64,000 nt of DNA from an uncultured Gammaproteobacteria bacterium. Its GTDB lineage: Bacteria > Patescibacteriota > Microgenomatia > Levybacterales > UBA12049. A program made the position numbers and the translations under genes. Numbering within the stretch: position 1 is the first letter of the stretch; every line of letters starts with the position of its first letter. The notes below the pieces were generated by a model that did no database searches, was not told the origin of the DNA, and worked only from the letters and a program-made list of their open reading frames with translations. Shown here one piece after another: positions 1 to 8,991 of this stretch. Location of the stretch: assembly GCA_964408485.1 (NCBI GenBank), contig CAYOZJ010000004.1:8685-72684 (forward strand), read 5' to 3'.

Positions 1-1
1 C

Positions 2-571
2 ACTGAAATAAGACAATACTTATCTGATTTACCTTTGGAATTTGTTTCACTTAAAGATGTTGGGATAACACAAGAGGTGGAAGAAGACACTAATACGTAT
101 GAAGGAAATTCTCAGAAAAAAGCATGGGAGTATTCACGTCTTTCAGGACTACCTGCGATAGCAGACGATGGAGGATTGGAAATTGCCGCATTAGGAGGAA
201 TGCCTGGGGTAAATGCACGATACTTTGGTGATGAAAAAGGTACAGATGAAGCAATTATTGAAAAAATGAAGCAGGTCCTTAAGGATGCGCCTGATGATAA
301 TCGAAATGTAGTATTTATTGGCGTCAATACACTTGCCTTACCAACTGGTGAATTATGGAGTACGCGCGCCGAAGTGAATTTAGAATTGGCAAAAACTCCA
401 GATCTTAAGTTTGTTACGGGATTTCCTTTTCGATCATTTTTGGTTTTGCCGGGGACAAATAAGTACTTTCATGAGTCAGAATTTACCCAAAAAGAAAGAG
501 AAGACTATAACCATAGGTATAAATCGCTCATGAAACTGAAGAAGATTATTCAGGAAAAGCTTCTTGTTTGA
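2..571 (+). CDS. rdgB: RdgB/Ham1-family non-canonical purine NTP pyrophosphatase, 5' partial (reading frame open to window edge; the listed ORF start at 35 is an internal TTG)
   Basis: LPAIADDGGLEIAALGGMPGVNARY and KDAPDDNRNVVF motifs align with E. coli RdgB residues ~65-120. About 30 N-terminal residues are missing. Frame has no stop back to nt 2. Confidence 0.8.
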   Translation, partial: TEIRQYLSDLPLEFVSLKDVGITQEVEEDTNTYEGNSQKKAWEYSRLSGLPAIADDGGLEIAALGGMPGVNARYFGDEKGTDEAIIEKMKQVLKDAPDDNRNVVFIGVNTLALPTGELWSTRAEVNLELAKTPDLKFVTGFPFRSFLVLPGTNKYFHESEFTQKEREDYNHRYKSLMKLKKIIQEKLLV

Positions 572-596
572 CACAAAGTCTTATTGGACGTATAAT
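567..596 (+). promoter_or_regulatory. Candidate sigma70-type promoter TTGACA-18nt-TATAAT overlapping the rdgB stop codon
   Basis: TTGACA at 567-572 and TATAAT at 591-596, seen directly. Function not tested. Confidence 0.35.
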
Positions 597-688
597 TTCT
601 TTATGACAACATACAAAAGTTCTTCCTCTAGCACTAAGAAGAGTGTGGCTGGGGATGATTGCATATAAAAAGAAATAAAAGCAAAGTA

Positions 689-710
689 CCCCGCCAAGGC
701 GGGGTTTTTT
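689..710 (+). terminator. Intrinsic terminator-like hairpin CCCCGCC-AA-GGCGGGG followed by T6, 13 nt before the serS ORF
   Basis: Perfect 7-bp GC stem plus U-run, seen directly. Confidence 0.6.
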
Positions 711-722
711 AATGGCATTTCG

Positions 723-2021
723 TTGCAGAAAGAGAGAATAGATGATATTCTCAAAATAATTACTATGATTGATATAAAGTTATTACGAGAGGATCCAAAT
801 TATTTTAAAAAATCAGCAGAAGCAAAAGGCGTTACAGTTAACATTGATCACATATTAGAGATAGACGAAGAGTACAAGAAGCTTTCTCAAATCGTTCAGA
901 CAATTCGAGAAGAAAGGAACGTGCTTATTTCTGCAATGAAAGGTAAGCCGGAGCCTGCGCAAATTGAGAAAGGGAAAGAACTTAAGGAAAAGTTGGAAAA
1001 AGAAGATCATGCCCTCACAGCAGTGTATGAAGAGCTGCAGCGTGAGCTACGAAAAATTCCTAATCCAATCAAGCCGGATGTAAAAATCGGAAAAGATGAA
1101 TCAGAAAATGAAGTAGTGAAGAAAGTTGGGACACCAAGAGAATTTAGTTTTACTCCCAAAGATCATCTGCAGCTTGGTGAATCACTCGATATTATAGACG
1201 TTAGTATTGCTGCAGAGATAAGTGGAGCGCGATTTGGATATTTAAAAAATGATGGAGCACTTCTGGAATTTGCGCTCAAGCAATTAGCATTTGATGTACT
1301 TTTACAGGAAGGATTTGCACCAGTTATTCCCCCTGTCCTTATTCGCAAAGAAATTATGGACGATTTAGGGTATACCGCAATGGGAGAGGATGAAAATATT
1401 TATGAAATTGCGAAGGACAACTTATATCTCGTTGGTACATCAGAGCAATCAATTGTTCCAATGTATAAAGACAGAACATTGCAAAAATCGGAATTACCGA
1501 AGCGTTTTGTTGGATTTTCGACATGTTTTAGACGAGAAGCGGGAAGTTATGGAAAAGATACTAAAGGAATTTTTCGCGTGCATCAATTTGATAAGGTAGA
1601 AATGGTAAGTTTTGTTGAAGAAGGAAAAGACGACGAAGAACATAAGTACCTTTTGTCGCTTGAGGAAAAGTTTTTCCAATTACTGGAGATTCCTTATCAA
1701 GTAGTTGCTATTTGTAGTGGTGATTTAGGATTTAATGCAGCACGAAAATACGATATAGAAGCATGGATTCCCTCACAAAATACGTATCGAGAAGTTACAT
1801 CGACATCAACAGTTACAGATTTTCAATCCCGGGGACTTAATATGCGGTATCTTGATGGGAGTGAAAAGAAATATCTTCATGTGTTAAATGGTACTGCATT
1901 TTCTATGACGCGCCCAATTATTGCAATTTTAGAAAACTATCAACAAGAAGATGGTTCGATTATTGTTCCAAAAGTACTACAAAAGTATTTAGGAAAAGAA
2001 AAAATTGCTCCTCAAAAATAA
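723..2021 (+). CDS. serS: Seryl-tRNA synthetase (class II). ORF begins with TTG at 723. An in-frame ATG at 765 (MIDIKLLREDPNYF) is the more likely start.
   Basis: N-terminal coiled-coil arm, class II core motifs (FRREAGS, GSGDLGFNAARKYDIEAW) and typical SerRS length. Confidence 0.9.
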   Translation: MQKERIDDILKIITMIDIKLLREDPNYFKKSAEAKGVTVNIDHILEIDEEYKKLSQIVQTIREERNVLISAMKGKPEPAQIEKGKELKEKLEKEDHALTAVYEELQRELRKIPNPIKPDVKIGKDESENEVVKKVGTPREFSFTPKDHLQLGESLDIIDVSIAAEISGARFGYLKNDGALLEFALKQLAFDVLLQEGFAPVIPPVLIRKEIMDDLGYTAMGEDENIYEIAKDNLYLVGTSEQSIVPMYKDRTLQKSELPKRFVGFSTCFRREAGSYGKDTKGIFRVHQFDKVEMVSFVEEGKDDEEHKYLLSLEEKFFQLLEIPYQVVAICSGDLGFNAARKYDIEAWIPSQNTYREVTSTSTVTDFQSRGLNMRYLDGSEKKYLHVLNGTAFSMTRPIIAILENYQQEDGSIIVPKVLQKYLGKEKIAPQK

Positions 2022-2267
2022 ATTCCTCATTATATTGTTATTATTTTTCACAAAAATATACATCTAAATGTGTTATATGTTTTATTATTGTTGTTTTTAG
2101 TTATTATCATTTTGATGTGTTTAATTTTTCCTTCCGTACCAATCTAATCGAATTGTTTTGAAGCTAACAAAAACTATTGACAAAATAATAAAAATCTTTC
2201 ACGATGAATGTATCTTAATTCTGCCCAAATAAATTTTGTTGGGAGACAAAAAAAGGAGGTGAGTTAC

Positions 2268-2339
2268 ATGCCAGTAAAGAAAAGAAAAGTTGCAAAGAAA
2301 AAAGTTGCAGCAAAGCGAAAGACAAAGAAAAGAAAATAG
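2268..2339 (+). CDS. 23-aa Lys/Arg-rich micro-protein MPVKKRKVAKKKVAAKRKTKKRK with a strong SD (AAAGGAGGTGA, 7 nt spacer). Possibly a bS22/Thx-like ribosomal peptide or other basic micro-protein.
   Basis: Perfect SD plus ATG, seen directly. Composition resembles very small basic ribosomal peptides. No homology check possible. Confidence 0.35.
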   Translation: MPVKKRKVAKKKVAAKRKTKKRK

Positions 2340-2601
2340 TTTTTTGTTTTGATCTTTGTGAGATCAATACCAATTGATCGATTGGTACATCCCCCGTCAG
2401 CAATGATGGGGGATTACTTTTTATCTCCGTTGAAATATGTTAGAATAATAATGGTAGTAATTCGGGGGTCCTGCCAGGAATTCATTCCCGCAGATGCTCA
2501 CAAGGTGGTTCCAGTAGGTACCAATTGTTCCGCGTCAGCGGGATCCCTTTCTTCCTGTCACCCCTACATAATACTTACTACATACTACGTAATACATATT
2601 T

Positions 2602-5283
2602 ATGGTTTTTTCACTTCTCTCTAAATTATTTGACTCTAACGAAAAAGAAATTCAAAAACTTCAACCAATTGTTGATGAGATTACTAATCTGGAACCTAAA
2701 ATGCAAAAACTCAAAACAGAAGATTTTGCTAAGAAAACAGAAGAATTTAAAAAACGGATTGCAAAAGGGGAATCACTTGACGATTTGTTGCCCGAGGCGT
2801 TTGCGCTGACTAGAGAAGCTGCGAAAAGAAGTATTGGACAGCGCCACTTTGATGTGCAGCTTATGGCAGCAATTACACTTTCTCTTGGAAAGATTGCTGA
2901 GCAAAAAACAGGAGAAGGAAAAACATTATCTGCTGTGCCTGCGCTCTATCTTCATGCGCTAACAGGAAAGAATGTTCATTTAGTAACAGTCAATGATTAT
3001 TTGGCCAGGCGAGACGCAGGGTGGATGGGACCTGTCTTTCATCTTCTTGGAATTCGTGTGAGTGCAATTATTGGAGAAAAATCCTTTATCTACGATCCTA
3101 AGTTTACTAATAGTGCTGCAGGTGACTCTCGATTACTTCATTTAAAAGAAATTAGTCGTCAAGAGGCGTACAAAGCAGATATTGTGTATGGAATTAATTC
3201 TGAATTTGGTTTTGATTATCTTCGTGACAATATGGCGCAGGATGTAAATCAGTTAGTACAACGGGGATATTATTTTGCCATTGTTGATGAAGTTGATTCG
3301 GTTCTTATCGATGAAGCACGAACACCACATATTATTTCTGCTCCTGAGGCAGAGCCAACACAAAAATACTATGAATATGCAAAAATTGTTGAGAAATTAA
3401 ATTCCGAGACAGATTACAAAATAGACGAAAAGCTAAAAACAGTCCATCTTACCGAGCATGGCCTTGCAAAAATTGAAAAATTGTATGGTATTGCAAATAT
3501 TTATGAAAAAGATTTTGATACGGTATACCACTTAGAGGCAGCACTCAAAGCCAAAACACTTTTCCACCGCGAAAAAGATTACATTGTTAGGGACAACGAA
3601 GTTATTTTAGTGGATGAGTTTACCGGACGTCTTATGGTCGGAAGACGTCTTTCTGAAGGATTACATCAGGCAATAGAAGCAAAAGAAAATGTTCCAATTC
3701 AAAGGGAGTCCAAAACACTTGCAACTGTTTCTTTGCAGAATTATTTCAGAATGTATGAAAGACTAGCTGGTATGACTGGTACAGCAGTTACTGAGGCGGA
3801 AGAGTTTCATAAAATCTACAAATTAGATGTTATTGTTATTCCAACAAATAATCCAATTGCAAGAAAAGACTATGCAGACGCAGTATATAAAACAACTCCA
3901 GCAAAGATAACAGCAGTGGTAGAGGAAATTGCTCGTGTCCATGCAACAGGACAGCCAATTCTTGTAGGTACGACCTCCATTGATAAAAATGAAATTCTTT
4001 CACAGCTTTTAACTCGCAAAGGCATAAAACATGATGTGTTAAATGCAAAAAATCATCTGAAAGAAGCAGAGATTATTGCGAAAGCAGGAGAAAAGGGTGC
4101 TGTGACTGTTGCAACCAATATGGCAGGACGAGGAGTAGATATTGTTTTGGGCGGTTCTCCAGAGGAGAATGTGAAAGCCAAAAAAGAATGGGAAAAGAAG
4201 AATGCAGAAGTAAAGTCTCTTGGAGGACTTTATATTATTGGTACGGAAAGACACGAGTCACGCCGTATTGATAATCAGTTACGAGGACGAGCTGGGCGTC
4301 AGGGGGATCCCGGAACAAGTAAATTCTTTGTTGCTTTAGATGACGAAATAATGCGGCTTTTTGGTGGAGATACTATTGCAGGGCTTATGACGCGGTTTAA
4401 TATGCCCGATGATATGCCACTAGAGCATCCGTTGGTAAGTAGGGCAATAGAGCAAGCACAAGTAAAGGTAGAAGGGTTTAACTTTGATAGTCGTAAACAT
4501 TTAGTTGAGTATGACGATGTTTTGAATAAACAGCGAGAGATTATCTATGCACTTCGTAGAAAGGCCCTAGAGCAATCAGGAGATCCCTTAAAGGATGAAA
4601 TACTTGCAAAACTGGACAATGCACTTGCATCAATTGTTGCAATGTCTGAGACAAGTACTGTTGCGTCAGGAAAATCAGGAAATGAAATTATTCTTGAAGA
4701 ATTTACTGCAATAATTCCTTTCGACGAAGCGTCTCGCGAGCAGCTTCTTGCACAGTTGCAGCAGTTACAAAATCCTCAGGCAAAAACAGAATTTTTAAGT
4801 ACATTAGCTCACGATCTCTATACCAACAGAACAAAAGAGTTGGGAGAAGACCTGATGCGTCAAATTGAAAAATATGTAGTTCTTTCTGTTGTAGATGCGT
4901 TGTGGGTAGATCATTTAGATGCTGTTGACAATTTGAGACAGGGAATTGGTCTTCGGGGATATGGGCAAAGAGATCCACTCGTTGAATATAAGAATGAAGC
5001 ATTTCGTATGTTTGAGCAACTTGTTGCTGCGCTTGATAATGAAATAGTCCATAGGATATTCCGAGTTAATGTGCAGCCTGCGCCTGAGCACGAGCATGTA
5101 CACATAGATACTAATGTTGCTGCGGTAACCATGGGGCAAGAGAGTTCTAGCGTCATTGCGAAGAGTGAAACGACGCGGCAATCTAAATCTATAGATAAAA
5201 CTAAATTAGGACGCAATGATCCGTGTTGGTGTGGATCTGGGAAAAAATGGAAGAAATGTCACTATCCACAATTACCAAACTAA
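2602..5283 (+). CDS. secA: Preprotein translocase ATPase SecA (893 aa) with C-terminal zinc-binding CWCGSGKKWKKCH tail
   Basis: DEAD-like motor motifs (GEGKTL, DEVDSVLIDEARTP), wing/scaffold regions and the C-terminal metal-binding domain. Confidence 0.95.
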   Translation: MVFSLLSKLFDSNEKEIQKLQPIVDEITNLEPKMQKLKTEDFAKKTEEFKKRIAKGESLDDLLPEAFALTREAAKRSIGQRHFDVQLMAAITLSLGKIAEQKTGEGKTLSAVPALYLHALTGKNVHLVTVNDYLARRDAGWMGPVFHLLGIRVSAIIGEKSFIYDPKFTNSAAGDSRLLHLKEISRQEAYKADIVYGINSEFGFDYLRDNMAQDVNQLVQRGYYFAIVDEVDSVLIDEARTPHIISAPEAEPTQKYYEYAKIVEKLNSETDYKIDEKLKTVHLTEHGLAKIEKLYGIANIYEKDFDTVYHLEAALKAKTLFHREKDYIVRDNEVILVDEFTGRLMVGRRLSEGLHQAIEAKENVPIQRESKTLATVSLQNYFRMYERLAGMTGTAVTEAEEFHKIYKLDVIVIPTNNPIARKDYADAVYKTTPAKITAVVEEIARVHATGQPILVGTTSIDKNEILSQLLTRKGIKHDVLNAKNHLKEAEIIAKAGEKGAVTVATNMAGRGVDIVLGGSPEENVKAKKEWEKKNAEVKSLGGLYIIGTERHESRRIDNQLRGRAGRQGDPGTSKFFVALDDEIMRLFGGDTIAGLMTRFNMPDDMPLEHPLVSRAIEQAQVKVEGFNFDSRKHLVEYDDVLNKQREIIYALRRKALEQSGDPLKDEILAKLDNALASIVAMSETSTVASGKSGNEIILEEFTAIIPFDEASREQLLAQLQQLQNPQAKTEFLSTLAHDLYTNRTKELGEDLMRQIEKYVVLSVVDALWVDHLDAVDNLRQGIGLRGYGQRDPLVEYKNEAFRMFEQLVAALDNEIVHRIFRVNVQPAPEHEHVHIDTNVAAVTMGQESSSVIAKSETTRQSKSIDKTKLGRNDPCWCGSGKKWKKCHYPQLPN

Positions 5284-5284
5284 G

Positions 5285-7780
5285 CTATAAATCAAATCGT
5301 TTATAGAACCACAGTTTCTCCAGTTCGACGAAAAGCAAATATAACCCAACTTCTCCAAAGACAATGATAAGAAAAAGAATAGGAAGTTTGGTAAATTCAA
5401 ACACTGAGCGAATTGGTAGGAAAAGGAAAAGAAATCCTGCAACAATTGTTAGCAATGCGCTGATAACAAGTGGAATACCAGGTTTGCTCTTAAAAAATGG
5501 TACAACCTGAGTCCTGATGGCAAAAACAATAATTGTTTCCGTAACTATTGACTCAATAAACCATCCTGTTCTAAAAACTTCTGCTGTTGCATGAAATCCA
5601 AATAGAAGAATTGCAAAAGTGAGCAAGTCAAACAGCGAACTCATTGGAGCAAAAACAATCAAAAAGCGTTTCAGAAAATTCATATTCCATTCTCTTGGTT
5701 TGAGGATAAGATGTTTGTCTACATTGTCATTGGGAACAGTAATTTGTGACACATCATACAAAAAATTGATAAGAAGTATTTGGATGGGGAGAAGAGGGAG
5801 AAATGGTAAGAAAATAGACGCAACTGCAACAGTCATCATGTTGCCAAAGTTGCTCGACAAACTCATCATGATATATTTAAAGCTATTGGCATAGGTTTTT
5901 CTTCCCTCCACAATCCCATGTGTTATTGCAAGTAAGCTTTTTCGCATTAAGATAATATCTGCAACTTCCTTTGCAATGTCAGATCCATTATTTACGGATA
6001 TTCCAACATCAGCCGATTTTAGAGGAGGTGCATCATTAATGCCGTCTCCAAGATATCCTACAACATGCTTTCTCTTTCGAAGTGCTTTTATAATTTGTGA
6101 TTTTTGTTCAGGGGTAAGATGAGAAAAAATAGATATTTTCTCGACCTGGTTTTCCAATTCTTCTGTGGAGATGTTTGTAATTTGCTCGCCTGTTAATGAT
6201 GCATCAGCAGGAATACTTGCTTCCTCGCATACTTTTCTTGTTACGGCGTCGTTATCGCCTGTTAAGATTTTTATATCTACACCCAGTTTATAAAGTTCAG
6301 TAATCGTTTCCCGTACGCCAATTTTTACTGGATCGTGAAAAGTAATAAACCCAGCATAAATGAGGTCTTTTTCATCAGCAGGATCATAGGAGTTTTTCTT
6401 CTGTATTGTTTTGTATGCAACAGCAATAAGTCTATCTCCAGAATTATTTATTTTTTCTATTTTTTTAATGATTGCATCTTTATGTACCGTTGTCATTGTA
6501 TGAGTTTTATTTCCAATATAGTGACAATGATCTAAAATATTTTTTGCAGCACCTTTTGTGATAAGAAGCACTTGTTTATCTTTTTCAACAATTGCACTCA
6601 CTCTCTTTCTATCAAAATCGAAGGGGATCTCATCAATCTTTTTGTATGAAGCGATATCAATTGCCTTAGAAAAATCCAAAAGCGAAATATCAATAGGATT
6701 TTTAAAACCTGACTGGAAATGTGCATTTACTTTTGCGAGTGCCAAAATATTTTCATCCTTTTCTCCACTGCTGTTTTCAAAATTGTTTACTGTTATAACA
6801 CTTTCTGTTAATGTTCCTGTTTTGTCCGTACATAAAATATCCATGCTTCCTAAATTTTGGATGCTTGGTAAATACTTAACAATAACATCATGCTTGTCCA
6901 TCCGTATTGCGCCGTTAGAAAGTGTGACTGTTATGACAAGAGGCATAAGATCTGGGGTTAATCCTACAGCAAGTGCGACAGTAAACAGTAAGGAAAGTAA
7001 AAAATCATGATGGAGTAATACGTTGATTCCAAAGACAAAGAGACTTAAGGCTAAGACAAGCCACAAGATAAGAATACTAAATGATCGAATACCCCTGTCA
7101 AAGGAGGTTGCAGGTTTTTCGATAACGATTGTTTGGGAAAGAAGTCCTATTTTTGTTTTCTTGCCAATGGCAATAACTTTCCCTATGCCCTCTCCCGTTA
7201 CTACTTGCGTTCCTGCAAAAGCTTGCATTTGCGTCCCTTTATTTTTTGTATCTTTTTTCTCAGGATATGATTCACCGGTAAGCGTTGATTGATTAATAGA
7301 TAATTCTTTTGTTTCCAGAAGTTCAAGGTCTGCAGGAACAATATCGCCAACAGATAGAAAAACAATGTCACCAATTGTTACTTCAGAAAATGGAATTTCA
7401 CTATGTTTTCCGTCTCGAATAACTGATGCCTGAAGAAGTACCTTCTTTTTTAATGCCTCTGCTGCATGATCGGCTTTAAAGTGTTGGAAAAAAGTAATAC
7501 ATCCACTTGCAACAACAATAAAAAAAATAATTGCAAAATCAATGCGGTTACCAAGAAAAAGCGAAATAAAACTGGCGAAAAGCAAAATCGCTGTCAAAGG
7601 GCCAAAGAAACTGTTCCACAGTTGTTTGAGTATATAGAATCTGCTTCTCCCAGCAAGGGTATTAGTGCCATATTGCTTCAGTCGTTGAATTGCTTCTTTT
7701 TCCGATAGCCCTGTTATTTTTTCGTCCATACTAGTAGTATAGGTGGAGAATTGGGTATTGACCAGCGGTTTAGGAAGCAA
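5285..7780 (-). CDS. P-type cation-transporting ATPase, MgtA-like (type IIIB/II). Alternative start at 7729 (MDEKITGLSEKEA).
   Basis: DKTGTLT phosphorylation motif, TGDN, GDGINDAPPLKSADVGISV and TGES actuator motif. N-terminus TGLSEKEAxxRLxxYGxNxL is typical of MgtA-like pumps. Confidence 0.85.
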   Translation of the reverse strand: MLPKPLVNTQFSTYTTSMDEKITGLSEKEAIQRLKQYGTNTLAGRSRFYILKQLWNSFFGPLTAILLFASFISLFLGNRIDFAIIFFIVVASGCITFFQHFKADHAAEALKKKVLLQASVIRDGKHSEIPFSEVTIGDIVFLSVGDIVPADLELLETKELSINQSTLTGESYPEKKDTKNKGTQMQAFAGTQVVTGEGIGKVIAIGKKTKIGLLSQTIVIEKPATSFDRGIRSFSILILWLVLALSLFVFGINVLLHHDFLLSLLFTVALAVGLTPDLMPLVITVTLSNGAIRMDKHDVIVKYLPSIQNLGSMDILCTDKTGTLTESVITVNNFENSSGEKDENILALAKVNAHFQSGFKNPIDISLLDFSKAIDIASYKKIDEIPFDFDRKRVSAIVEKDKQVLLITKGAAKNILDHCHYIGNKTHTMTTVHKDAIIKKIEKINNSGDRLIAVAYKTIQKKNSYDPADEKDLIYAGFITFHDPVKIGVRETITELYKLGVDIKILTGDNDAVTRKVCEEASIPADASLTGEQITNISTEELENQVEKISIFSHLTPEQKSQIIKALRKRKHVVGYLGDGINDAPPLKSADVGISVNNGSDIAKEVADIILMRKSLLAITHGIVEGRKTYANSFKYIMMSLSSNFGNMMTVAVASIFLPFLPLLPIQILLINFLYDVSQITVPNDNVDKHLILKPREWNMNFLKRFLIVFAPMSSLFDLLTFAILLFGFHATAEVFRTGWFIESIVTETIIVFAIRTQVVPFFKSKPGIPLVISALLTIVAGFLFLFLPIRSVFEFTKLPILFLIIVFGEVGLYLLFVELEKLWFYKRFDL

Positions 7781-8759
7781 TCGTTGAGCGTACTTTCTTG
7801 AGTTTTGCTACAAAAAAACCTTCCATATTTTTACTTGGATAAATTCGAAGTGTCTTGGAAAGCCGGGGATCAAATAGTCTATTTTTGTATTTCGTTAACC
7901 CAGTATTGTGCTCCAAGCCTTCGATATGAATATCCTCAACTTCTAATGCGTCACCCTCTTTTTTAAGAATCCAATTAACTACTTCTTCATTTTCTTCAGG
8001 TGAAAGCGTACAAGTGGAATAGACAATTGTTCCGCCGACTCGTGTTGCACTTACTGCAGATCGAAGAAGCCATTTTTGCATTTCTGAGAGCATTTTCACT
8101 TTTCCTGGTGTCCAGTCTTTGTATGTTTTGGGATCTTCGGTATAAAATCTTCCTTCCATACTGCAGGGTACATCTACCAAGACTCTGTCAAAGTATTCTG
8201 GATATTTTTTCCATAAAAATTCTCCGGGCAAATTGAGAATCTGTGTATTAGTTACTCCTTGAAGTTGTATATTAGCTGACAGTCTAAAATTGCGTATTCT
8301 GGATTTATCATTGGCAATAAGAATTCCTTTATTGTGCATGAGGGCTGCAATTTGCGTTGTTTTGCTTCCTGGAGCTGCTGTTGCATCCAAAACAATGTCG
8401 TCCTCTTGTGGATCTAGTACAAGTGGGGGAATCATGCTGGAAAGACTTTGGATATACAGACACCCTTCTTTATAGAATGTGGTTTCTGCAAGTGTTTTTT
8501 GAGGTACGTTTTGCAGAATAAATGCGTCTTTGTACCAACTAACGCGTTTTGTCTCTATTCCAAGATCTAATAATTTCTTTTCCAGCTGGTCTGCCGAGAT
8601 TTTTATCGTGTTAGCGCGAAAGGTAGAGGGCTTGCGGGTAGTAAATGATTCTAAGACTTCCTGTTTTTCACTTGCCTTGCCGGCAGGCAGGTCTTCAGGT
8701 AAAAAACTATCTAGTTTTTCTAAGAATTTTTCAGGAAGCACGTCCCAAGGTTGATTCAT
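7770..8759 (-). CDS. rsmF: RsmF/RsmB-family rRNA (cytosine-C5)-methyltransferase. The listed ORF runs to 8942, but alignment to RsmF supports the ATG at 8759 (MNQPWDVLPEKF).
   Basis: RANTIKIS, LYIQSLSSMIPP, LDATAAPGSKTTQI, DVPCSMEG, IVYSTCTLSPEENE and EGFFVAKLKK match E. coli RsmF blocks in order. The upstream 180 nt is occupied by a repeat element. Confidence 0.85.
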   Translation of the reverse strand: MNQPWDVLPEKFLEKLDSFLPEDLPAGKASEKQEVLESFTTRKPSTFRANTIKISADQLEKKLLDLGIETKRVSWYKDAFILQNVPQKTLAETTFYKEGCLYIQSLSSMIPPLVLDPQEDDIVLDATAAPGSKTTQIAALMHNKGILIANDKSRIRNFRLSANIQLQGVTNTQILNLPGEFLWKKYPEYFDRVLVDVPCSMEGRFYTEDPKTYKDWTPGKVKMLSEMQKWLLRSAVSATRVGGTIVYSTCTLSPEENEEVVNWILKKEGDALEVEDIHIEGLEHNTGLTKYKNRLFDPRLSKTLRIYPSKNMEGFFVAKLKKVRSTIAS

Positions 8760-8788
8760 TTGATGATTATAGCACGAAGCAGTCAACA

Positions 8789-8914
8789 GTCTACCCAATT
8801 TCAGGTGACGCTCACAATCAAGTTCGCTAAGTGAAATTTGATTACCAGCTAAAAATAAACCGTATACACTTTCTGCAATCAAATTCCAATTCACCTGAGA
8901 ATTGGGAATAGCCT
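8789..8914. repeat. Copy 1 of a ~126-nt dispersed element (family E) with inverted termini CCCAATTTCAGGTGA ... TCACCTGAGAATTGGG. Second copy at 29662-29788.
   Basis: Blocks GTCTACCCAATTTCAGG(T/A)TGACGCTC, GTTCGCTAAGTGAAATTT and TTCAATTCACCTGAGAATTGGGA(A/G)TAGCCT are shared by both copies. The central part diverges. Confidence 0.6.
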
Positions 8915-8991
8915 GCTGCCTACTCACAAAACAGCAGAACAATGAGCATACATAACTTCACCCATTTCGATATTTGAATTTGGGGTTTGAT

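Noticed and set aside
112-327. Antisense ORFs listed inside well-supported genes. Examples: 112-327 (-), 1163-1348 (-), 3836-4254 (-), 4703-5216 (-), 5619-7292 (+), 8000-8830 (+), 14785-16307 (both strands), 40200-40667 (-), 41685-42437 (-, 250 aa) and 44954-45346 (-).
   Set aside because: Each lies opposite or overlaps a gene with strong family motifs. Their translations are low-complexity or stop-free by chance in AT-rich or GC-biased frames. None has an SD or promoter context.
567-722. Canonical T-box riboswitch for serS
   Set aside because: The leader is only ~115 nt. The T-box consensus AATTAGGGTGGNACCGCG was not seen. It is kept as a generic attenuator or sRNA candidate only.
2340-2601. 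Possible SRP RNA, tmRNA or tRNA in the secA upstream structured region
   Set aside because: No match to the SRP domain IV consensus (GGAAGGAAGCAGCCAAGG), to the tmRNA 5' end, or to a tRNA T-loop (GGTTCGAATCC-like). No tRNA-like sequence was found anywhere in the window by eye.
2349-2809. ORFs 2349-2624 (+) and 2525-2809 (+) in and around the secA upstream region
   Set aside because: They overlap the true secA start (2602). Their sequences are Cys/His-rich nonsense typical of out-of-frame or UTR translation. The region is treated as non-coding leader instead.
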